DNA of 64,000 bases from Candidatus Hydrogenedentota bacterium. Its GTDB lineage: Bacteria; Hydrogenedentota; Hydrogenedentia; Hydrogenedentales; SLHB01. This document shows positions 56,989-64,000 of the stretch, piece by piece (the first letter of the stretch is position 1; every line of letters begins with the position of its first letter). Under the pieces are notes generated by a model. The model saw nothing but the letters and a program-made list of their open reading frames with translations, searched no databases and was not told the DNA's origin. Position numbers and translations under genes: made by a program. The stretch is taken from positions 122,716-186,715 of the forward strand of contig BTWA01000010.1 in the NCBI GenBank assembly GCA_045863295.1. Reading direction: 5' to 3'.

Positions 56989-58827
56989 TCAACTGTTGTT
57001 CTGCAGCGACCAGTCCAGGAACGGTTTCAGCTCTTTCGCACGCGTAGGATGGCGCATTTTCCGGAGGGCCTTCGCTTCAATTTGCCGCACGCGTTCCCGG
57101 GTCACATTAAACACAGAACCCACTTCCTCCAACGTGCGCGGGTAACCGTCGCCGAGGCCGAAACGCAGCCGCAGCACTTTTTCCTCGCGTTCCGTTAGCG
57201 TGCCGAGCACATCATCCAGCTTTTCCTGGAACACGGCAAACGCCGTCGCATTGGCCGGAGATTCAGCGCTCTTGTCCTCGATGAAATCGCCGAAGCTGCT
57301 GTCGCCGTCATCGCCTACGGGCGTTTCGAGGCTGATGGCTTCCTGCGCAATCTTCAAGATGCTGCGGACCTTGTCCGCCGACATCCCCATTTCTTCCGCG
57401 ATTTCGTCCGCACTGGGTTCACGGCCATAGGTTTGCACCAGGCGCCGGCTGGTGCGCACGAGCTTGTTGATCGACTCGATCATGTGCACGGGAATGCGGA
57501 TGGTGCGGGCCTGATCCGCGATGGATCGCGTGATGGCCTGCCGGATCCACCACGTTGCGTATGTACTGAACTTATACCCGCGCTGGTACTCGAACTTGTC
57601 CACCGCCTTCATCAGGCCGATGTTGCCTTCTTGAATCAGATCAAGAAAGGACATGCCCCGATTGGTGTACTTCTTCCCGATGCTCACCACAAGGCGCAGA
57701 TTGGCCTCCACCAACTCCATCTTCGCCTTGTAAATCTTCTCTTCCTTTTCCTTAATCGTCTCGATAAGCCGGTTGATCTCGTCCGCGCCCAGTTGCGCGT
57801 CCGACTCGATCTGGTCGATTTTGCGCTGGGCCATCTGCACGCGCCGTTCCGCGTCCAGCACCGAATCGCGATCGACGCCCAGCTTGTCTGCAGCGCCGGC
57901 GCTCTTCTTCACCTTCACCGCCAGCGCGATAATGTCGTCCGAACTGTAACCGATTTCGCGCTCCACGCGATCCACTTCGTCACGCGCCGTCGATATGCGC
58001 CGTTTCAAGCTCTTGATCTTCCGCGCGATCTTCATGATCTCTTTGTTCTTGAGCTTGAAATCGCGAACGATGTCCGCCTGAAGCGCGCGCAATTCCGCTA
58101 TTTTTAGCAGCACGCCCTCGGCGCTCTTGCCCGAAATGCCCGTGCGCTTCAGCTTCTTGGCGTGGTTCTGAATCTGATCTTCGTATTCGCCCATCTTCGT
58201 CATCATGCCCGGGAGGCGTTTGACGAATTGGTCCAGCTCTTTTGGATCTTCGACTTCCGTGATCTGCGCGTAATTCAAACGGCCGCCGCTGATGCGCGCC
58301 GCCAACATGTGCACTTCCTTCAGCGTATACGGCGTGCTCAACAGCAATTCGGTCAAGTCGTTTTCCGCCGCTTCGATGCGCTTGGCGATCGCGACTTCCT
58401 GATCCTTGGTCAAGAGCGGCACCCGGCCCATTTCGCGCAAATACATGCGAACGGGATCGTCCGCCCGTTCGAGGCGCGCTTGGGCAGCCTCGCGCCGCGC
58501 CTCGGCCCGGCGCGCCTGTTTTTCCCGCTGCTGTTGCAGCCGTTGCGTCTCCGTGTCCATTCGCAACTCATCGACGATGTCGATGTCCATGCCGCTCAGC
58601 ATGACCATCATTTCGTCGATGTCTTCGGAGGTGGCGTCTTCCGGAAGGATCTGGTTCAGATCGTCATACGTTAGCTTGCCCTTCTGCTTGGCCAGCAGAA
58701 GCGCCTTCTTGCGCCCTTCTTCGACGGCCTTTGTTCGAAGCGCGGTATCGCCCTCGAGAATGGGTTCGAACGCCATCTTGGCACTGTCGCCGTTCGTTTT
58801 CGCGGGTTTCTTGACTGTCTTTACCAT
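56989..58827 (-). CDS. rpoD: RNA polymerase primary sigma factor
   Basis: Region 1.1, [34 protein letters not shown] and [10 protein letters not shown]. Confidence 0.98.
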   Translation of the reverse strand: MVKTVKKPAKTNGDSAKMAFEPILEGDTALRTKAVEEGRKKALLLAKQKGKLTYDDLNQILPEDATSEDIDEMMVMLSGMDIDIVDELRMDTETQRLQQQREKQARRAEARREAAQARLERADDPVRMYLREMGRVPLLTKDQEVAIAKRIEAAENDLTELLLSTPYTLKEVHMLAARISGGRLNYAQITEVEDPKELDQFVKRLPGMMTKMGEYEDQIQNHAKKLKRTGISGKSAEGVLLKIAELRALQADIVRDFKLKNKEIMKIARKIKSLKRRISTARDEVDRVEREIGYSSDDIIALAVKVKKSAGAADKLGVDRDSVLDAERRVQMAQRKIDQIESDAQLGADEINRLIETIKEKEEKIYKAKMELVEANLRLVVSIGKKYTNRGMSFLDLIQEGNIGLMKAVDKFEYQRGYKFSTYATWWIRQAITRSIADQARTIRIPVHMIESINKLVRTSRRLVQTYGREPSADEIAEEMGMSADKVRSILKIAQEAISLETPVGDDGDSSFGDFIEDKSAESPANATAFAVFQEKLDDVLGTLTEREEKVLRLRFGLGDGYPRTLEEVGSVFNVTRERVRQIEAKALRKMRHPTRAKELKPFLDWSLQNNS

Positions 58828-58894
58828 GTTCCAGACTGCTCCACCTTGGCCGTTACGCCAATCTGCGTGCGTGAAATTATGCCTGTCGCCGCCA

Positions 58895-60649
58895 TCAGGC
58901 CGCGCCAAGACTTTTCAGTTGCTGATCAATCTTCACTTTCTCGATCGTCAGTTCGATTGCCTTTTGCTTGTCGTCGAATTGCGCGCGTTGAATCTCCGCC
59001 TGCAACTCCGCCGACTTCGACTCCAGCATGTCCCGCCGGATACGCGTACACCGTTTCCTTACTATCTCCGGGCCTTTTTCCGCCCAGTTGCCTTCGTTGT
59101 TGGCGGCCGCCGCATACAGCGTCCGCGCCGCTTCGTCGTCGAACACCGGTGCCGGCGCGCGGTAGTCCAACCGCAATACAGTCTCCAATACCTGCTGAAA
59201 CGGGCCCGGTTCCAGCGGCAGGCCGCTCAGATCCGCTTTTGCCTTTTGCGCCAACGGAACGTTATGCAAGAGCGCGGCGATAAAGTCGCGGTCGTCCTGG
59301 CTGAAAGTTTTGGCCGTTTCCGCACTTTGCCGATCCACGGCAACGGGCCGCGCATGCTTCCGGCGGGAGGCGCTGTCAAATTCGCGCCGTATCGTCCAGG
59401 GATCAAATTGGAGCGCTTGGGCCAGTTTTTTCAGATAGGCCTCTTTACGCAGTTCATCGTCCACTGAAGCCACAATTTCAAACACTTCGTGGGCCACTTC
59501 GGTGCGGCCCTCGATTGTCCCAAGACGATCCGAATTCATGCGCACATAAAACGCGACAAAATCCGAGGCTCCATTAACTAATGAACGAAAAGCCTCGGAA
59601 CCTTGTTCCCGGACAAAATCATCGGGATCCTGGTTTCCGGGCAACATCAGCGCGTGCACCGAAAGCCCCGCGCCGGCCAAAATGGCTATCCCCCGCAACG
59701 CCGCCCGGATACCCGCCGCGTCCCCGTCGTACACCAGCACAACGTCGCGAACGTACCGGTGCAGGAGCTTGGCCTGATCCAGGGTGAGCGCCGTGCCGCA
59801 CGTGGCCACCACATTTTCGACCCCGGCTTCCACGCACCGCAGGTAGTCAAAATATCCTTCCACCAATACGGCCCGCTTTTCCCGGCGGAGTGCCTCGCGG
59901 GCCTCGTACAGGCCGTACAGGGTTCTGCCCTTCTTGTAGACGAGGTTTTCCGGCGAGTTCACGTATTTGCCAGGCGCCTCGCCGGTCAGGTCCCTCCCCC
60001 CGAATGCCACCACGTTGCCAGCGACGTCCCGAATCGGAACCATAAGCCGCTCGCGGAAAAAGTCGAATTGATTGCCCCGTTCGTTCCGCCGAACCAGCCC
60101 CGACGCCTCCAACACCCGGTCACGGAAGCCTTCCTTCTTCGCAGCGTCCAACAAATTGGACCAACCGTCCGGAGCGTACCCCAAGCCAAATTTCTTAACC
60201 GTCGCCTCGCTCAAGGCACGGGTTTTCAGATAATCCCGGCCCCGGCTTTTCAGCGGGTTTTCCAACATGTCGCGGTAAAACCGGACCGCGAACGTGCCCA
60301 ACGCCAACAACTGCTGGCGCAACTGATCGTCTTGCGAACCCCCCTCGGCCGTGGCCGGCAACCGTACGCCCCCCCGATCCGCCAGCTTCTGAACCGCGTC
60401 TTTAAACGCCAGCCCCTCAAACTCCATCACAAAACCAATCGCATCCCCGCCTTTTTCGCATCCAAAGCAGTAATACGCCTGGCGATCCCGGTTGACGCTG
60501 AAAGACGGCGTCTTTTCCTTGTGAAACGGACACAAACCGACAAGCCGTCCGCTGCCGGACGGCTTCAATTCAACCGCTGCGCCCACAATATCCACGATAT
60601 CATTGGCGGCCAGCACTTCTTGGATGGTTTCTTTGGAATAAAGAGCCAC
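58895..60649 (-). CDS. dnaG: DNA primase
   Basis: CPFH...CFGC zinc finger, KYVNSPE, TOPRIM VEGYFD, YDGDAAG and DPDD. Confidence 0.98.
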   Translation of the reverse strand: MALYSKETIQEVLAANDIVDIVGAAVELKPSGSGRLVGLCPFHKEKTPSFSVNRDRQAYYCFGCEKGGDAIGFVMEFEGLAFKDAVQKLADRGGVRLPATAEGGSQDDQLRQQLLALGTFAVRFYRDMLENPLKSRGRDYLKTRALSEATVKKFGLGYAPDGWSNLLDAAKKEGFRDRVLEASGLVRRNERGNQFDFFRERLMVPIRDVAGNVVAFGGRDLTGEAPGKYVNSPENLVYKKGRTLYGLYEAREALRREKRAVLVEGYFDYLRCVEAGVENVVATCGTALTLDQAKLLHRYVRDVVLVYDGDAAGIRAALRGIAILAGAGLSVHALMLPGNQDPDDFVREQGSEAFRSLVNGASDFVAFYVRMNSDRLGTIEGRTEVAHEVFEIVASVDDELRKEAYLKKLAQALQFDPWTIRREFDSASRRKHARPVAVDRQSAETAKTFSQDDRDFIAALLHNVPLAQKAKADLSGLPLEPGPFQQVLETVLRLDYRAPAPVFDDEAARTLYAAAANNEGNWAEKGPEIVRKRCTRIRRDMLESKSAELQAEIQRAQFDDKQKAIELTIEKVKIDQQLKSLGAA

Positions 60650-60774
60650 GGAAGTCCCGAAGCGTTGAGAATAATGAACTTAGAACCAATGTCGGATCGC
60701 GAAAATGCGCCCACACGAACTACAACTCCGTCGAAAGGGCACACCTACCCCTGGAGCTGTCAAATTCCAACAAA

Positions 60775-60803
60775 ACTTTAACAGAATAAAGTGAGTAAGT
60801 CAA
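60775..60803 (-). promoter_or_regulatory. Sigma70 promoter for dnaG-rpoD
   Basis: On -: TTGACT-N17-TAAAGT with extended -10 TG, in an AT-rich tract. Confidence 0.7.
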
Positions 60804-60831
60804 GAATTTGACCGAGATCATACCGAGGCAC

Positions 60832-60894
60832 CCCCTCTGCCCCTTGCCCCTCTGCTAGTCCTTTCGGTCCTTTTGGTCCCTTCTGCCCATGTCC
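60832..60894. repeat. Pyrimidine-rich short periodic repeats
   Basis: CCCCTCTGC x2, then GTCCYTT at 60858, 60867 and 60876 (9-nt period). Confidence 0.55.
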
Positions 60895-60968
60895 GTGCCC
60901 CGGACCACACGCGCCCCAGACAAAACATTAACGTATACTCTTCCCAACAGGAGCCACCAGAAAGTCCA

Positions 60969-61709
60969 ATGCCCCTATCCCCACCACAGGGAAAAAACGC
61001 CCGATTCGCCAGCACCCGATGGACCGTTGTCCTGTCGGCGTCCGCTCCCGGTTCGCCGGAGGCCGCCGCCGCCCTGGATGCGCTCTGCCAAACGTACTGG
61101 TATCCGCTCTATGCGTATGTACGGCGGCGCGGCCATTCCACGGCAGATGCACAAGACCTCACGCAGGAATTCTTCGCGCAACTCCTCGAACACAACTGGG
61201 TCGCCCGCGCTCAACCCGAAAAGGGGCGATTCCGCTCTTTCCTGCTCATGGCGCTGAAGCGATTCCTGGCCAACGAATGGGACAAGGCAACCTCGATCCG
61301 GCGCGGAGGCCGGGTGCACTTTGTCCCCTTGCCCTTCGATACCGCCGAGGCGCGCTACGAACAGATTCCGGCCAGCGATGCGACCCCCGATCAACTGTTC
61401 GATCGGGAGTGGGCGCAAGCCCTGTTGAATTCCGTCCTGGCCGCATTGCAGGAAGACTACCGGGCTCAGGGTAAGCCGGCGCTGTTTGAGGCTCTGAAAT
61501 CGTGTCTCATTGGCAGTCGGGAACTGCAGCCCTATGCTGGATTGGCCGAACAACTGGGCATGAGCGAAGCCGCGATCAAAGTGGCCGTGCACCGGATGCG
61601 TCATCGCTACAGGAAGCGGTTGAAAGCGGAAATTGCCGAAACCGTCGCCAATGCCTCGGACGTGGAGGACGAACTTCGGCATCTCATTCGCGCGATGGCA
61701 CGCGAATGA
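60969..61709 (+). CDS. ECF sigma factor, Ser/Thr-kinase-associated type
   Basis: FASTRWTVV, YWYPLYAYVRR, DAQDLTQEFF, GRFRSFL, and region 4 YAGLAEQLGMSEAAIKVAVHR. Confidence 0.9.
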   Translation: MPLSPPQGKNARFASTRWTVVLSASAPGSPEAAAALDALCQTYWYPLYAYVRRRGHSTADAQDLTQEFFAQLLEHNWVARAQPEKGRFRSFLLMALKRFLANEWDKATSIRRGGRVHFVPLPFDTAEARYEQIPASDATPDQLFDREWAQALLNSVLAALQEDYRAQGKPALFEALKSCLIGSRELQPYAGLAEQLGMSEAAIKVAVHRMRHRYRKRLKAEIAETVANASDVEDELRHLIRAMARE

Positions 61710-61780
61710 GAGCATCCCACTCGCGCCTGTAACCTTCGCCCCGCAATTCTTAGATCCATAGGCGGGGAGGAAGGAGCACC

Positions 61781-63337
61781 ATGAATACCCACAAAAGTTG
61801 CACAAACTGCCAGAAACCGCTCGCGCAAGGCGCAATCCATGGATTGTGTCCCGAGTGCCTGCTCAAGGCCGGTATAGACACGGGTTCCGGCACGGAAACC
61901 CCTGCCCGTTTTGTCGCGCCCAGCCTCGACGATCTGGCCCAGTCCTTCGGCGGGTTGGAACTGTTGGAATTCGTCGGCCAAGGCGGCATGGGCGCCGTCT
62001 ACCGGGCACGCCAGAAAGCGCTCGATCGGATCGTCGCGCTAAAAATTTTGCCGCCCGGTGTTGGCGAGGATCATGGATTTGCCGATCGCTTCGCCCGCGA
62101 AGCCAAGGCCCTGGCCCGTCTGAACCATCCGGGCATTGTCACACTCTACGAATTCGGCCAGACGGATGGGTTGTATTATTTCCTGATGGAGTTCGTGGAT
62201 GGGGTCAACGTGCGGCAACTGCTCGATGCCGGGCGCATCGCCCCGCGCGAAGCATTGGCCATTGTCCCCCAGATATGCGATGCGCTTCAGTACGCCCACG
62301 ATCAGGGTATCGTGCATCGCGACATCAAACCCGAGAACATCCTGCTCGACCGCCTTGGCCGCGTGAAGGTCGCCGACTTCGGCCTCGCCAAGCTGGTGGG
62401 GCCGGGCGAGAACGCGATCGCTGCGGATAGCGGTTCTGTTCATGAAATGGACGGGTTGACGGACGCAGGCGTCCGGATGGGCACCCCGCGCTACATGGCG
62501 CCGGAACAATGGGAATCCCCCGCCAACGTGGATCGACGCACGGATATCTACGCCTTGGGCGTTGTGCTCTATCAGATGCTCACCGGCGAATTCCCCGACG
62601 CCCCCATCACACCGCCCTCACAACGGGTACGGGTCGATGTTCGACTGGACCAGGTAGTGCTCAAGGCCCTGGAGGAATCACCCGATCGCCGGTATCAGGA
62701 AGTCAGCGAATTCAAGACCGCCGTCGATTCCATTACCGAACCGGATACATCCGATCACAAACGCGAACCGCGCGTAAGCTGGCTGACATGGGCGCCGCTT
62801 CAGTCGCCCCGCGTCCGCGAGATTTGCGCGCATATGACGGCGGAAGAGGAACGCGAAGCCGGCCTGCGTGGTCTGTTTTTCGGATTGTGGATAGCAGCGA
62901 CGTGCATTGGCCCCGTCATCGCCCTTCAACTCATGTCCAGGCCCGCCGGTCCGATTGTGGGCGCGGTCGTGTTCATCGTTGGCGTATCGGCATTGCAGCT
63001 CATGCGAAGGATGCAATTGGATTTCCTGGCCACCACCGCCTGGGCCCGAAAGCAGGGACTGCGTCCCGGTGAGTTGGACGCCGCCCCCGGCATCATTCTG
63101 GTGGGAAGTCGCGACGGCAAAGCCGTCGTGCGGTGGCGAACCGCCGCGCTGATCTTTGTGCTGGTGTTGCTATTTGCGGAAGCAAATGCCGTCCTCTTCA
63201 CGATACTCCTCATGGATCAACCGGATCTCCGTGTTCTCGGCATGGCCTTCGTCGGCGCGATCATTGTCGTCGGGACCGGCATTCGTCTGAGCCTGAAAAC
63301 ACCGGTGTCGAAGTTGACGCCCTTGGACAGGGACTGA
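61781..63337 (+). CDS. Membrane-anchored Hanks-type Ser/Thr kinase with N-terminal CxxC..CxxC
   Basis: GQGGMG, VALK, HRDIKPEN, DFG and GTPRYMAPE. About 4 C-terminal TM segments. Confidence 0.95.
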   Translation: MNTHKSCTNCQKPLAQGAIHGLCPECLLKAGIDTGSGTETPARFVAPSLDDLAQSFGGLELLEFVGQGGMGAVYRARQKALDRIVALKILPPGVGEDHGFADRFAREAKALARLNHPGIVTLYEFGQTDGLYYFLMEFVDGVNVRQLLDAGRIAPREALAIVPQICDALQYAHDQGIVHRDIKPENILLDRLGRVKVADFGLAKLVGPGENAIAADSGSVHEMDGLTDAGVRMGTPRYMAPEQWESPANVDRRTDIYALGVVLYQMLTGEFPDAPITPPSQRVRVDVRLDQVVLKALEESPDRRYQEVSEFKTAVDSITEPDTSDHKREPRVSWLTWAPLQSPRVREICAHMTAEEEREAGLRGLFFGLWIAATCIGPVIALQLMSRPAGPIVGAVVFIVGVSALQLMRRMQLDFLATTAWARKQGLRPGELDAAPGIILVGSRDGKAVVRWRTAALIFVLVLLFAEANAVLFTILLMDQPDLRVLGMAFVGAIIVVGTGIRLSLKTPVSKLTPLDRD

Positions 63338-63387
63338 CCCCGTCTTTTACTGAGTCCCCGAAGCAAAACACGGGTTCTGTCCCTGTC
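63326..63387. repeat. 23-bp imperfect inverted repeat overlapping the kinase stop codon
   Basis: GACAGGGACTGACCCCGTCTTTT versus reverse complement GACAGGGACAGAACCCGTGTTTT (20/23), 16-nt spacer. Confidence 0.7.
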
Positions 63388-63691
63388 ACTTCGGAGTCTC
63401 CGGCCGCGCGTGGCACGCTTGGCGGTATTGGAGAACTGGATCCGGCTGTCGTATTCTTACTCACGGTGTACACGGACTTTGTGTCCCTTGTTGACTCGTC
63501 CGTGCAATACATTTCGAGAGCACGTTTCCGAGTTGATTGTGGGGGACGAGGTCATTAATGGCCCCTATAGTTTGGGGTTTTTGTTGCATTTTCTTAGCGG
63601 ATTGAAACAAGGGTATATGATGGATTTACGCGGTTTGCGCATTTAAGGGATGGGGCGGAATTGATCGGGGAGGGAGGGGACTGAACGTGTC

Positions 63692-63717
63692 CACAGATTA
63701 CACGGATGGGCACAGAT
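63692..63717. repeat. CACRGAT x3 short periodic repeat
   Basis: CACAGAT (63692), CACGGAT (63701) and CACAGAT (63711). Confidence 0.55.
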
Positions 63718-63844
63718 ACTAAGAGATTATTCTTTGCTATGCAGTCCCGGATATGCGCGAGTGTTTACCTTGCAGTCAAGACGAAGAGGAGGCCATTCTG
63801 GTCATCTGGCGTGGCGGGGAGGACTGAGTACAGGCTCAGTGGCC

Positions 63845-63899
63845 GGAAACCCTGCCACAACGAGGGGAAACCCTGTCACAACAGAGACCCTGTCACAAC
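63845..63899. repeat. Three 17-bp direct repeats
   Basis: GGAAACCCTGCCACAAC (63845), GGAAACCCTGTCACAAC (63866) and AGAGACCCTGTCACAAC (63883). Confidence 0.8.
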
Positions 63900-64000
63900 A
63901 GAAGCGAACACGATCACTGCACACGCCGTGTCCCATTCTTCCCCATTGAGCTTACCCCCATCTTTCGACAGGTACGGGGTTAAATTAAGCGATAATAGTA

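Noticed and set aside
63583..63608. CRISPR-repeat-like GTTGCA...GGATTGAAAC
   Set aside because: Single 26-nt copy with no internal palindrome, no spacers and no cas genes.
63410..63949. Short ORFs in the right-hand tail
   Set aside because: TTG starts without SD and no motifs. One of them simply translates the DNA repeats.

Overview
Chromosomal window (about 60% GC by eye) from a diderm bacterium, as shown by lpxA and lpxB. The many Tat/Sec-exported enzymes, DUF1800/DUF1501 and an ECF sigma-kinase pair fit a PVC-like or Hydrogenedentota-like lineage, but this taxonomy is only an inference. Left part: core genes on + (rsmE, HIT, aroE, aroK, a PTS IIA/Zn-ribbon fusion, a cNMP-binding protein, lpxA-gnnA-like-lpxB-polA, rho, trpS). 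Middle part: mixed accessory and metabolic genes (PLP enzyme with a ceramidase-like membrane protein, DUF1800/1501, PBP1A, antiporter, recQ, phoD, eda, oxidoreductases, glycerate kinase-glnE). Right part: a carbohydrate locus (beta-helix protein, a 1523-aa protein with two CxxCH motifs, GH78, fucose-isomerase-family enzyme, rhaT), tRNA-Ile2(CAU), tlpA-rpoD-dnaG on -, an ECF sigma/Ser-Thr kinase pair and a repeat-rich non-coding end. No transposase, integrase, prophage, rRNA or CRISPR array was seen. Best leads: the giant exported multidomain cytochrome-like protein, a covarying GTAG-type REP/REPIN family, the PTS IIA/C4-Zn-ribbon fusion with a structured leader, and a rhamnose locus with a non-canonical isomerase. 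Calls come from motif recognition by eye with no database searches. Several starts were moved from the ORF track to more plausible codons.
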